From Eledone cirrhosa (lineage: Eukaryota), in NCBI GenBank assembly GCA_964016885.1, contig OZ024744.1:6634001-6698000 (forward strand): a DNA stretch of 64,000 nucleotides. Direction: 5' to 3'. The first letter of the stretch is position 1; every line of letters starts with the position of its first letter. Of the stretch, positions 12,001 through 27,000 are shown one piece after another. Position numbers and translations under genes: made by a program. Under the pieces are notes generated by a model. The model made no database searches, was not told the origin of the DNA, and saw nothing but the letters and a program-made list of their open reading frames with translations.

Positions 12001-15000
12001 CAGTAACGGTTATGTCTACTGAAGTATTGCACTGATGTAGGTGTGGTGCAGTAACGGTTATGTCTACTGCAGTATTGCACTGATGTAGGTGTGGTGCAGT
12101 AACGGTTATGTCTACTGCAGTATTGCACTGATGTAGGTGTGGTGCAATAACGGTTATGTCTACTGCATTATTGTACTGATGTAGGTGTGGTGCAGTAACG
12201 GTTATGTCTAGTACAGTATTGCACTGAGGTAGGTGTGGTGCAGTAACGGATATTTCTACTGCAGTATTGCACTGATGTAGGTGTGGTGCAGTAACGGTTA
12301 TGTCTACTGTAGTATTGCACTGAGGTAGGTGTGGTGCAGTAACGGTTATATCTACTGCAGTATTGCACTGATGTAGGTGTGGTGCAGTAACGGTTATGTC
12401 TACTGCAGTATTGCACTGATATAGGTGTGGTGCAGTAACGGTTATGTCTACTGCATTATTGCACTGATGTAGGTATGGTGCAGTAACGGTTATGTCTACT
12501 GCAGTATTACACTGATGTAGGTGTGGTGCAGTAACGGTTATGTCTACTGCAGTATTGCACTGATGTAGGTGTAGTGCAGTAACGGCTATGTCTACTGCAG
12601 TATTGCACTGATGTAGGTGTGGTGCTGTAACGGTTATGTCTATTGCAGTATTACACTGAGGTAGGTGTGGTGCAGTAACGGTTATGTCTACTGCAGTATT
12701 GCACTGATGTAGGTGTGGTGCAGTAACGGTTATGTCTACTGCATTATTGCACTGATGTAGGTGTGGTGCAGTAACGGTTATGTCTATTGCAGTATTACAC
12801 TGAGGTAGGTGTGGTGCAGTAACGGTTATGTCTACTGCAGTATTGCACTGATGTAGGTGTGGTGCAGTAACGGTTATGTCTACTGCATTATTGCACTGAT
12901 GTAGGTGTGGTGCAGTAACGGTTATGTCTACTGCAGTATTACACTGATGTAGGTGTGGTGCAGTAACGGTTATGTCTGTTGCAGTATTGCACTGATGTAG
13001 GTGTAGTGCAGTAACGGTTATGTCTACTGCAGTATTGCACTGATGTAGGTGTGGTGCTGTAACGGTTATGTCTATTGCAGTATTGCACTGAGGTAGGTGT
13101 GGTGCTGTAACGGTTATGTCTACTGCAGTATTGCACTGATGTAGGTATGGTGCAGTAACGGTTATGTCTACTGTAGTATTGCACTGATGTAGGTGTGATG
13201 CAGTAACGGATATGTCTACTGCAGTATTGCACTGACATAGGTGTGGTGCAGTAACGGTTATGTCTACTGCAGTATTTCACTGATGTAGGTGTGGTGCAGT
13301 AACGGTTAAGTCTACTGCAGTATTGCACTGAAGTAAGTGTGGTGCAGTAACGGTTATGTCTACTGCAGTATTGCACTGATGTAGGTGTGGTGCAGTAACA
13401 GTTATGTCTACTGCAGTATTGCACTGATGTAGGTGTGGTGCTGTAAAGGTTTTGTCTATTGCAGTATTTCACTGATGTAGGTGTGGTGCAGTAACGGTTA
13501 TGTCTACTGCATTATTGCACTGATGTAGATGTGGTGCAGTAACGGTTATGTCTACTGCAGTATTGCACTGAGATAGGTGTGGTACAGTAACGGTTATTTC
13601 TACTGCAGTATTGCACTGATGTAGATGTGGTGCATTAACGGTTATGTCTACTGCAGTATTGCACTGATGTAGGTGTGGTGCAGTAACAGTTATGTCTACT
13701 GAAGTATTGCACTGATGTAGATGTGGTGCACTAACGGTTATATATACTGCAGTATTGCACTGAGGTAGTTATGGTGCAGTGACGGTTATGTCTATTGCAG
13801 TATTGCACTGAGGTAGGTGTGGTGCAGTAACGGTTATTTCTGCTGCAGTATTGCACTGATGTAGTTGTGGTGCAGTAACGGTTATGTCTACTGCAGTATT
13901 GTACTGATGTAGGTGTGGTGCAGTAACGGTTATGTCTACTGCAGTATTGCACTTAGGTAGGTGTGGTGCAGTAACAGTTATGTCTACTGCAGTATTGCAC
14001 TTAGGTAGGTGTGGTGCAGTAACGGTTATGTCTACTGCAGTATTGCACTGATGTAGGTGTGGTGCAGTAACGGATATTTCTACTGCAGTATTGCACTTAG
14101 GTAGGTGTGCTGCAGTAACGGTTATGTCTACTGCAGTATTGCACTGATGTAGGTGTGGTGCAGTAACGGTTATGTCTACTGCATTATTGCACTGAGTTAG
14201 GTGTGGTGCAGTAACGATTATGTCGACTGCAGTATTACACTGATGTAGGTGTGGTGCAGTAACGGTTATGTCTACTGCAGTATTGCACTGATGTAGGTGT
14301 AGTGCAGTAACGGTTATGTCTACTGCAGTATTGCACTGATGTAGGTGTGGTGCTGTAACGGTTATGTCTATTGCAGTATTGCACTGAGGTAGGTGTGGTG
14401 CAGTAACGGTTATGTCTACTGCAGTATTGCACTGATGTAGGTATGGTGCAGTAACGGTTATGTCTACTGCAGTATTGCACTTATGTAGGTGTGGTGCAGT
14501 AACGGTTATGTCTACTGCTGTATTGCACTGATGTAGGTGTGGTGCAGTAACGGTTATGTCTACCGCATTATTGCACTGATGTAGGTGTGTTGCAGTAACG
14601 GTTATGTCTAGTGCAGTATTGCACTGAGGTAGGTGTTGTGCAGTAACGGTTATTACTACTGCAGTATTGCACTGATGTAGGTGTGGTGCAGTAACGGTTA
14701 TGTCTACTGTAGTATTGCACTGAGGTAGGTGTGGTGCAGTAACGGTTATGTCTACTGCATTATTGCACTGATGTAGGTGTGGTGCAGTAACGGTTATGTC
14801 TACTGCAATATTGCACTGATGTAGGTGTGGTGCAGTACGGTTAAATCTACTGCAGTATTGCACTGATGTAGGTGTGGTGCAGTAGCGGTTATTTCTACTG
14901 CAGTATTGCACTGATGTAGATGTGGTGCACTAACGGTTATATATACTGCAGTATTGCACTGAGGTAGTTGTGGTGCAGTAACGGTTATGTCTACTGCAAT

Positions 15001-18000
15001 ATTGCACTAGGTAGGTGTGGTGCAGTAACGATTATGTCTACTTCAGTATTGCAATGTTGTAGGTGTGGTGCAGTAACAGTTATGTCTACTGCAGTATTGC
15101 ACTGATGTAGGTGTGGTGCAGTAACGGTTATGTCTACTGCAGTATTGCACTGATGTACGTGTGGTGCAGTGAAGGTTATGTCTATTGCAGTATTGCACTG
15201 AGGTAGGTGTGGTGCAGTAACGGTTATTTCTACTGCAGTATTGCACTGATGTAGTTGTGATGCAGTAACGGTTATGTCTACTGCAGTATTGCACTGAGGT
15301 AAATGTGGTGCAGTAACGGTTATGTCTACTGCATTATTGCACTGATGTAGGTGTGGTGCAGTAACGGTTATGTCTACTGCAGTATTGCACTTAGGTAGGT
15401 GTGGTGCAGTAACAGTTATGTCTACTGCAGTATTGCACTTAGGTAGGTGTGGTGCAGTAACGGTTATGTCTACTGCAGTATTGCACTGATGTAGGTGTGG
15501 TGCAGTAACGGATATTTCTACTGCAGTTTTGCACTTAGGTAGGTGTGGTGCAGTAACGGTTATGTCTACTGCAGTATTGCACTGATGTAGGTGTGGTGCA
15601 GTAACGGTTATTCTACTGCAGTATTGCACTGATGTAGGTGTGGTGCAGTAACGGTTATTTATACTGCAGTATTGCACTGATGTAGGTGTGGTGCAGTAAC
15701 GGTTATGTCTACTGCAGTATTGCACTGATGTAGGTGTGGTGCAGTAACGGTTATGTCTACTGCTGTATTGCACTGATGTAGGTGTGGTGAAGTAGCGGTT
15801 ATTTCTACAGCAGTATTGCACTGATGTAAATGTGGTGCACTAACGGTTATGTATACTGCAGTGTTGCACTGAGGTAGTTGTGATGCAGTAACGGTTTATG
15901 TCTACTGCAATATTGCACTAGTTAGGTGTGGTGCAGTAACGATTATGTCTACTGCAGTATTGCACTGATGTAGGTGTGGTGCAGTAACGGTTATTCTACT
16001 GCAGTATTGCACTGATGTAGGTGTGGTGCAGTAACGGTTATTTCTACTGCAGTATTGCACTGATGTAGGTGTGGTGCAGTAACGGTTATGTCTACTGCAG
16101 TATTGCACTGATGTAGGTGTGGTGCAGTAACGGTTATGTCTACTGCATTATTTACTGATATAGGTGTGGTGCAGTAACGGTTATGTCTACTGCAGTATAG
16201 CACTGATGTAGGTGTGGTGCAGTAACGGTTATTCTACTGCAGTATTGCACTGATGTAGGTGTGGTGCAGTAACGGTTATTTCTACTGCAGTATTGCACTG
16301 ATGTAGGTGTGGTGCAGTAACGGTTATGTCTACTGCAGTATTGCACTGATGTAGGTGTGGTGCGGTAACGGTTATGTCTACTGCATTATTGCACTGATGT
16401 AGGTATGGTGCAGTAACGGTTATGTCTACTGCAGTATTACACTGATGTAGGTGTGGTGCAGTAACGGTTATGTCTACTGCAGTATTGCACTGATGTAGGT
16501 GTAGTGCAGTAACGGCTATGTCTACTGCAGTATTGCACTGATGTAGGTGTGGTGCTGTAACGGTTATGTCTATTGCAGTATTACACTGAGGTAGGTGTGG
16601 TGCAGTATCGGTTATGTCTACTGCAGTATTGCACTGATGTAGGTGTGGTGCAGTAACGGTTATGTCTACTGCATTATTGCGCTGATGTAGGTGTGGTGCA
16701 GTAACGGTTATGTCTACTGCAGTATTACACTGATGTAGGTGTGGTGCAGTAACGGTTATGTCTACTGCAGTATTGCACTGATGTAGGTGTAGTGCAGTAA
16801 CGGTTATGTCTACTGCAGTATTGCACTGATGTAGGTGTGGTGCTGTAACGGTTATGTCTATTGCAGTTTTGCACTGATTTAGGTGTGGTGCAGTAACGGT
16901 TATGTCTACTGCAGTATTGCACTGATGTAGCTATGGTGGAGTAACGGTTATGTCAACTGCATTATTGCACTGATGTAGGTGTGGTGCAGTAACGGTTATG
17001 TCTAGTGCAGTATTGCACTGAGGTAGGTGTGGTGCAGTAACGGTTATTTCTACTGCAGTATTGCACTGATGTAGGTGTGGTGCAGTAACGGTTATGTCTA
17101 CTGTAGTGTTGCACTGAGGTAGGTGTAGTGCTGTAACGGTTATGTCTACTGCAGTATTGCACTGATGTAGGTGTGGTGCAGTAGCGGTTATATCTACTGC
17201 AGTATTGCACTGATGTAGGTGTGGTGCAGTACGGTTAAATCTACTGCAGTATTGCACTGATGTAGGTGTGGTGCAGTAGCGGTTATTTCTACTGCAGTAT
17301 TGCACTGATGTAGATGTGGTGCACTAACGGTTATATATACTGCAGTATTGCACTGAGGTAGTTGTGGTGCAGTAACGGTTATGTCTACTGCAATGTTGCA
17401 CTAGTTAGGTGTGGTGCAGTAACGATTATGTCTACTGCAGTATTGCACTGATGTAGGTGTGGTGCAGTAACAGTTATGTCTACTGCAGTATTGCACTGAT
17501 GTAGGTGTGGTGCATTAACGGTTATGTCTACTGCAGTATTGCACTGATTTACGTGTGGTGCAGTGAAGGTTATGTCTATTGCAGTATTGCACTGAGGTAG
17601 GTGTGGAGCAGTAACGGTTATTTCTGCGGCAGTATTGCACTGATGTAGTTGTGGTGCAGTAACGGTTATGTCTACTGCAGTATTGCACTGAGGTAAATGT
17701 GGTGCAGTAACGGATATGTCTACTGCATTATTGCACTGATGTAGGTGTGGTGCAGTAACGGTTATGTCTACTGCAGTATTGCACTTAGGTAGGTGTGGTG
17801 CAGTAACAGTTATGTCTACTGCAGTATTGCACTTAGGTAGGTGTGGTGCAGTAAGGTTATGTCTAATGCAGTATTGCACTGATGTAGGTGTGGTGCAGTA
17901 ACGGATATTTCTACTGCAGTTTTGCACTTAGGTAGGTGTGGTGCAGTAACAGTTATGTCTACTGCAGTATTGCACTTAGGTAGGTGTGGTGCAGTAAGGT

Positions 18001-21000
18001 TATGTCTAATGCAGTATTGCACTGATGTAGGTGTGGTGCAGTAACGGTTATGTCTACTGCAGTATTGCACTGATGTAGGGGTGATGCAGTACGGTTAAAT
18101 CTACTGCAGTATTGCACTGATGTAGGTGTGGTGCAGTAGCGGATATTTCTACTGCAGTATTGCACTGATGTAGGTGTGGTGCAGTAACGGTTATGTCTAC
18201 TGCAGCATTGCACTGATGTAGGTGTGGTGCAGTAACGGTTATGTCTACTGCATTATTGCCCTGATGTAGGTATGGTGCAGTAACGGTTATGTCTACTGCA
18301 GTATTACACTGATGTAGGTGTGGTGCAGTAACGGTTATGTCTACTGCAGTATTGCACTGATGTAGGTGTAGTGCAGTAACGGCTATGTCTACTGCAGTAT
18401 TGCACTGATGTAGGTGTGGTGCTGTAACGGTTATGTCTATTGAAGTATTACACTGAGGTAGGTGTGGTGCAGTATCGGTTATGTCTACTGCAGTATTGCA
18501 CTGATGTAGGTGTGGTGCAGTAACGGTTATGTCTACTGCATTATTGCGCTGATGTAGGTGTGGTGCAGTAACGGTTATGTCTACTGCAGTATTACACTGA
18601 TGTAGGTGTGGTGCAGTAACGGTTATGTCTACTGCAGTATTGCACTGATGTAGGTGTAGTGCAGTAACGGTTATGTCTACTGCAGTATTGCACTGATGTA
18701 GGTGTGGTGCTGTAACGGTTATGTCTATTGCAGTTTTGCACTGAGTTAGGTGTGGTGCAGTAACGGTTATGTCTACTGCAGTATTGCACTGATGTAGCTA
18801 TGGTGCAGTAACGGTTATGTCAACTGCATTATTGCACTGATGTAGGTGTGGTGCAGTAACGGTTATGTCTAGTGCAGTATTGCACTGAGGTAGATGTGGT
18901 GCAGTAACGGTTATTTCTACTGCAGTATTGCACTGATGTAGGTGTGGTGCAGTAACGGTTATGTCTACTGTAGTATTGCACTGAGGTAGATGTAGTGCTG
19001 TAACGGTTATGTCTACTGCAGTATTGCACTGATGTAGGTGTGGTGCAGTAGCGGTTATATCTACTGCAGTATTGCACTGATGTAGGTGTGGTGCAGTACG
19101 GTTAAATCTACTGCAGTATTGCACTGATGTAGGTGTGGTGCAGTAGCGGTTATTTCTACTGCAGTATTGCACTGATGTAGATGTGGTGCACTAACGGTTA
19201 TATATACTGCAGTATTGCACTGAGGTAGTTGTGGTGCAGTAACGGTTATGTCTACTGCAATGTTGCACTAGTTAGGTGTGGTGCAGTAACGATTATGTCT
19301 ACTGCAGTATTGCACTGATGTAGGTGTGGTGCAGTAACAGTTATGTCTACTGCAGTATTGCACTGATGTAGGTGTGGTGCATTAACGGTTATGTCTACTG
19401 CAGTATTGCACTGATTTACGTGTGGTGCAGTGAAGGTTATGTCTATTGCAGTATTGCACTGAGGTAGGTGTGGAGCAGTAACGGTTATTTCTGCGGCAGT
19501 ATTGCACTGATGTAGTTGTGGTGCAGTAACGGTTATGTCTACTGCAGTATTGCACTGAGGTAAATGTGGTGCAGTAACGGATATGTCTACTGCATTATTG
19601 CACTGATGTAGGTGTGGTGCAGTAACGGTTATGTCTACTGCAGTATTGCACTTAGGTAGGTGTGGTGCAGTAACAGTTATGTCTACTGCAGTATTGCACT
19701 TAGGTAGGTGTGGTGCAGTAAGGTTATGTCTAATGCAGTATTGCACTGATGTAGGTGTGGTGCAGTAACGGATATTTCTACTGCAGTTTTGCACTTAGGT
19801 AGGTGTGGTGCAGTAACGGTTATGTCTACTGCAGTATTGCACTGATGTAGGTGTGGTGCAGTAACGGTTATTCTACTGCAGTATTGCACTGATGTAGGTG
19901 TGGTGCAGTAACGGTTATTTCTACTGCAGTATTGCACTGATGTATGTTTGGTGCAGTAACGGTTATGTCTACTGCAGTATTGCACTGATGTAGGTGTGGT
20001 GCAGTAACGGTTATGTCTACTGCATTATTGCACTGATGTAGGTGTGGTGCAGTAACGGTTATGTCTACTGCAGTATTACACTGATGTAGGTGTGGTGCAG
20101 TAACGGTTATGTCTACTGCAGTATTGCACTGATGTAGGTGTAGTGCAGTAACGGTTATGTCTACTGCAGTATTGCACTGATGTAGGTGTGGTGCTGTAAC
20201 GGTTATGTCTATTGCAGTATTGCACTGAGGTAGGTGTGGTGCAGTAACGGTTATGTCTACTGCAGTATTGCACTGATGTAGGTATGGTGCAGTAACGGTT
20301 ATGTCTACTGCAGTATTGCACTGATGTAGGTGTTGTGCAGTAACGGTTATGTCTACTGCTGTATTGCACTGATGTAGGTGTGGTGCAGTAACGGTTATGT
20401 CTACCGCATTATTGCACTGATGTAGGTGTGGTGCAGTAACGGTTATGTCTAGTGCAGTATTGCACTGAGGTAGGTGTGGTGCAGTAACGGTTATTTCTAC
20501 TGCAGTATTGCACTGATGTAGGTGTGGTGCAGTAACGGTTATGTCTACTGTAGTATTGCACTGAGGTAGGTGTGGTGCAGTAACGGTTATGTCTACTGCA
20601 GTATTGCACTGATGTAGGTGTGGTTCAGTAACGGTTATGTCTACTGCAGTATTGCACTGATGTAGGGGTGATGCAGTACGGTTAAATCTACTGCAGTATT
20701 GCACTGATGTAGGTGTGGTGCAGTAGCGGATATTTCTACTGCAGTATTGCACTGATGTAGGTGTGGTGCAGTAACGGTTATGTCTACTGCAGTATTGCAC
20801 TGATGTAGGTGTGGTGCAGTAACGGTTATGTCTACTGCATTATTGCACTGATGTAGGTATGGTGCAGTAACGGTTATGTCTACTGCAGTATTACACTGAT
20901 GTAGGTGTGGTGCAGTAACGGTTATGTCTACTGCAGTATTGCACTGATGTAGGTGTAGTGCAGTAACGGCTATGTCTACTGCAGTATTGCACTGATGTAG

Positions 21001-24000
21001 GTGTGGTGCTGTAACGGTTATGTCTATTGCAGTATTACACTGAGGTAGGTGTGGTGCAGTATCGGTTATGTCTACTGCAGTATTGCACTGATGTAGGTGT
21101 GGTGCAGTAACGGTTATGTCTACTGCATTATTGCACTGATGTAGGTGTGGTGCAGTAGCGGTTATTTCTACTGCAGTATTGCACTGATGTAGGTGTGGTG
21201 CAGTAACGGTTATGTCTACTGCAGTATTGCACTGATGTAGGTGTGGTGCAGTAACGGTTATGTCTACTGCATTATTGCACTGATGTAGGTATGGTGCAGT
21301 AACGGTTATGTCTACTGCAGTATTACACTGATGTAGGTGTGGTGCAGTAACGGTTATGTCTACTGCAGTATTGCACTGATGTAGGTGTAGTGCAGTAACG
21401 GTTATGTCTACTGCAGTATTGCACTGATGTAGGTGTGGTGCTGTAACGGTTATGTCTATTGCAGTATTGCACTGAGGTAGGTGTGGTGCAGTAACGGTTA
21501 TGTCTACTGCAGTATTGCACTGATGTAACTATGGTGCAGTAACGGTTATGTCAACTGCATTGTTGCACTGATGTAGGTGTGGTGCAGTAACGGTTATGTC
21601 TAGTGCAGTATTGCACTGAGGTAGGTGTGGTGCAGTAACTGTTATTTCTACTGCAGTATTGCACTGATGTAGATGTGGTGCTGTAACGGTTATATATACT
21701 GCAGTATTGCACTGAGGTAGTTGTGGTGCAGTAACGGTTATGTCTACTGCAATGTTGCACTAGTTAGGTGTGGTGCAGTAACGATTATGTCTACTGCAGT
21801 ATTGCACTGATGTAGGTGTGGTGCAGTAACAGTTATGTCTACTGCAGTATTGCACTGATGTAGGTGTGGTGCATTAACGGTTATGTCTACTGCAGTATTG
21901 CACTGATGTACGTGTGGTGCAGTGAAGGTTATGTCTATTGCAGTATTGCACTGAGGTAGGTGTGGTGCAGTAACGGTTATTTCTACGGCAGTATTGCACT
22001 GATGTAGTTGTGGTGCAGTAACGGTTATGTCTACTGCAGTATTGCACTGATGTAGGTGTAGTGCAGTAACGGCTATGTCTACTGCAGTATTGCACTGATG
22101 TAGGTGTGGTGCTGTAACGGTTATGTCTATTGCAGTATTACACTGATGTAGGTGTGGTGCAGTAACGGTTATGTCTACTGCAGTATTGCACTGATGTAGG
22201 TGTAGTGCAGTAACGGCTATGTCTACTGCAGTATTGCACTGATGTAGGTGTGGTGCTGTAACGGTTATGTCTATTACAGTATTACACTGAGGTAGGTGTG
22301 GTGCAGTATCGGTTATGTCTACTGCAGTATTGCACTGATGTAGGTGTGGTGCAGTAACGGTTATGTCTACTGCATTATTGCACTGATGTAGGTGTGGTGC
22401 AGTTGCGGTTATTTCTACTGCATTATTGCACTGATGTAGGTGTGGTGCAGTAACGGTTATGTCTACTGCAGTATTGCACTGATGTAGGTGTGGTGCAGTA
22501 ACGGTTATGTCTACTGCATTATTGCACTGATGTAGGTATGGTGCAGTAACGGTTATGTCTACTGCAGTATTACACTGATGTAGGTGTGGTGCAGTAACGG
22601 TTATGTCTACTGCAGTATTGCACTGATGTAGGTGTAGTGCAGTAACGGTTATGTCTACTGCAGTATTGCACTGATGTAGGTGTGGTGCTGTAACGGTTAT
22701 GTCTATTGCAGTATTGCACTGAGGTAGGTGTGGTGCAGTAACGGTTATGTCTACTGCAGTATTGCACTGATGTAGCTATGGTGCAGTAACGGTTATGTCT
22801 ACCGCATTATTGCACTGATGTAGGTGTGGTGCAGTAACGGTTATGTCTAGTGCAGTATTGCACTGAGGTAGGTGTGGTGCAGTAACGGTTATTTCTACTG
22901 CAGTATTGCACTGATGTAGGTGTGGTGCAGTAACGGTTATGTCTACTGTAGTATTGCACTGAGGTAGGTGTGGTGCAGTAACGGTTATGTCTACTGCAGT
23001 ATTGCACTGAGGTAGGTGTGGTGCAGTAACGGTTATGTCTACTGCAGTATTGCACTGATGTAGCTATGGTGCAGTAACGGTTATGTCAACTGCATTATTG
23101 CACTGATGTAGGTGTGGTGCAGTAACGGTTATGTCTAGTGCAGTATTGCACTGATGTAGGTGTGATGCAGTAACGGATATGTCTACTGCAGTATTGCACT
23201 GAGATAGGTGTGGTGCAGTAACGGTTATGTCTACTGCAGTATTTCACTGATGTAGGTGTGGTGCAGTAACGGTTAAGTCTACTGCAGTATTGCACTGAAG
23301 TAAGTGTGGTGCAGTAACGGTTATGTCTACTGCAGTATTGCACTGATGTAGGTGTGGTGCAGTAACAGTTATGTCTACTGCAGTATTGCACTGATGTAGG
23401 TGTGGTGCTGTAAAGTTTATGTCTATTGCAGTATTGCACTGATGTAGGTGTGGTGCAGTAACGGTTATGTCTACTGCATTATTGCACTGATGTAGATGTG
23501 GTGCAGTAACGGTTATGTCTACTGCAGTATTGCACTGAGATAGGTGTGGTGCATTAACGGTTATGTCTACTGCAGTATTGCACTGATGTAGGTGTGGTGC
23601 AGTAACAGTTATGTCTACTGAAGTATTGCACTGATGTAGATGTGGTGCACTAACGGTTATATATACTGCAGTATTGCACTGAGGTAGTTGTGGTGCAGTG
23701 ACGGTTATGTCTATTGCAGTATTGCACTGAGGTAGGTGTGGTGCAGTAACGGTTATTTCTGCTGCAGTATTGCACTGATGTAGTTGTGGTGCAGTAACGG
23801 TTATGTCTACTGCAGTATTGCACTGAGGTAAATGTGGTGCAGTAACGGTTATGTCTACTGCATTATTGTACTGATGTAGGTGTGGTGCAGTAACGGTTAT
23901 GTCTACTGCAGTATTGCACTTAGGTAGGTGTGGTGCAGTAACAGTTATGTCTACTGCAGTATTGCACTTAGGTAGGTGTGGTGCAGTAACGGTTATGTCT

Positions 24001-27000
24001 ACTGCAGTATTGCACTGATGTAGGTGTGGTGCAGTAACGGATATTTCTACTGCAGTATTGCACTTAGGTAGGTGTGGTGCAGTAACGGTTATGTCAACTG
24101 CAGTATTGCACTGATGTAGGAGTGGTGCAGTAACGGTTATCTCTACTGCAGTATTGCATTGAGTTAGGTGTGGTGCAGTAACGATTATGTCGACTGCAGT
24201 ATTACACTGATGTAGGTGTGGTGCAGTAACGGTTATGTCTACTGCAGTATTGCACTGATGTAGGTGTAGTGCAGTAACGGTTATGTCTACTGCAGTATTG
24301 CACTGATGTAGGTGTGGTGCTGTAACGGTTATGTCTATTGCAGTATTGCACTGAGGTAGGTGTGGTGCAGTAACGGTTATGTCTACTGCAGTATTGCACT
24401 GATGTAGGTATGGTGCAGTAACGGTTATGTCTACTGCAGTATTGCACTGATGTAGGTGTGGTGCAGTAACGGTTATGTCTACTGCTGTATTGCACTGATG
24501 TAGGTGTGGTGCAGTAACGGTTATGTCTACCGCATTATTGCACTGATGTAGGTGTGTTGCAGTAACGGTTATATCTAGTGCAGTATTGCACTGAGGTAGG
24601 TGTTGTGCAGTAACGGTTATTTCTACTGCAGTGCACTGATGTAGGTGTGGTGCAGTAACGGTTATGTCTACTGTAGTATTGCACTGAGGTAGGTGTGGTG
24701 CAGTAACGGTTATGTCTACTGCAGTAGTGCACTGATGTAGGTGTGGTGCAGTAACGGTTATGTCTACTGCAATATTGCACTGATGTAGGTGTGGTGCAGT
24801 ACGGTTAAATCTACTGCAGTATTGCACTGATGTAGGTGTGGTGCAGTAGCGGTTATTTCTACTGCAGTATTGCACTGATGTAGATGTGGTGCACTAACGG
24901 TTATGTCTACTGCAGTATTGCACTGATGTAGGTGTGGTGCAGTAACGGTTATGTCTACTGCAATATTGCACTAGGTAGGTGTGGTGCAGTAACGATTATG
25001 TCTACTTCAGTATTGCAATGATGTAGGTGTGGTGCAGTAACAGTTATGCCTACTGCAGTATTGCACTGATGTAGGTGTGGTGCAGTAACGGTTATGTCTA
25101 CTGCAGTATTGCACTGATGTACGTGTGGTGCAGTGAAGGTTATGTCTATTGCAATATTGCACTGAGGTAGGTGTGGTGCAGTAACGGTTATTTCTACTGC
25201 AGTATTGCACTGATGTAGTTGTGGTGCAGTAACGGTTATGTCTACTGCAGTATTGCACTGAGGTAAATGTGGTACAGTAACGGTTATGTCTACTGCATTA
25301 TTGCACTGATGTAGGTGTGGTGCAGTAACGGTTATGTCTACTGCAGTATTGCACTTAGGTAGGTGTGGTGCAGTAACAGTTATGTCTACTGCAGTATTGC
25401 ACTTAGGTAGGTGTGGTGCAGTAACGGTTATGTCTACTGCAGTATTGCACTGATGTAGGTGTGGTGCAGTAACGGATATTTCTACTGCAGTTTTGCACTT
25501 AGGTAGGTGTGGTGCAGTAACGGTTATGTCTACTGCAGTATTGCACTGATGTAGGTGTGGTGCAGTAACGGTTATTCTACTGCAGTATTGCACTGATGTA
25601 GGTGTGGTGCAGTAACGGTTATTTCTACTGCAGTATTGCACTGATGTAGGTGTGGTGCAGTAACGGTTATGTCTACTGCAGTATTGCACTGATGTAGGTG
25701 TGGTGCAGTAACGGTTATGTCTACTGCTGTATTGCACTGATGTAGGTGTGTTGAAGTAGCGGTTATTTCTACAGCAGTATTGCACTGATGTAAATGTGGT
25801 GCACTAACGGTTATGTATACTGCAGTGTTGCACTGAGGTAGTTGTGATGCAGTAACGGTTATGTCTACTGCAATATTGCACGAGGTAGGTGTGGTGCAGT
25901 AACGATTATGTCTACTGCAGTATTGCACTGATGTAGGTGTGGTGCATTAACGGTTATTCTACTGCAGTATTGCACTGATGTAGGTGTGGTGCAGTAACGG
26001 TTATTTCTACTGCAGTATTGCACTGATGTAGGTGTGGTGCAGTAACGGTTATGTCTACTGCAGTATTGCACTGATGTAGGTGTGGTGCAGTAACGGTTAT
26101 GTCTACTGCAGTATTACACTGATGTAGGTGTGGTGCAGTAACGATTATGTCGACTGCAGTATTACACTGAGGTAGGTGTGGTGCAGTAACAGTTATTTCT
26201 ACTGCAGTATTCCACTGAGGTAGGTGTGGTACAGTAACGGTTATGTCTACTGAAGTATTGCACTGATGTAGGTGTGGTGCAGTAACGGTTATGTCTACTG
26301 CAGTATTGCACTGATGTAGGTGTGGTGCAGTAACGGTTATGTCTACTGCAGTATTGCACTGATGTAGGTGTGGTGCAATAACGGTTATGTCTACTGCATT
26401 ATTGTACTGATGTAGGTGTGGTGCAGTAACGGTTATGTCTAGTGCAGTATTGCACTGAGGTAGGTGTGGTGCAGTAACGGATATTTCTACTGCAGTATTG
26501 CACTGATGTAGGTGTGGTGCAGTAACGGTTATGTCTACTGTAGTATTGCACTGAGGTAGGTGTGGTGCAGTAACGGTTATATCTACTGCAGTATTGCACT
26601 GATGTAGGTGTGGTGCAGTAACGGTTATGTCTACTGCAGTATTGCACTGATGTAGGTGTGGTGCAGTAACGGTTATGTCTACTGCATTATTGCACTGATG
26701 TAGGTATGGTGCAGTAACGGTTATGTCTACTGCAGTATTACACTGATGTAGGTGTGGTGCAGTAACGGTTATGTCTACTGCAGTATTGCACTGATGTAGG
26801 TGTAGTGCAGTAACGGCTATGTCTACTGCAGTATTGCACTGATGTAGGTGTGGTGCTGTAACGGTTATGTCTATTGCAGTATTACACTGAGGTAGGTGTG
26901 GTGCAGTAACGGTTATGTCTACTGCAGTATTGCACTGATGTAGGTGTGGTGCAGTAACGGTTATGTCTACTGCATTATTGCACTGATGTAGGTGTGGTGC

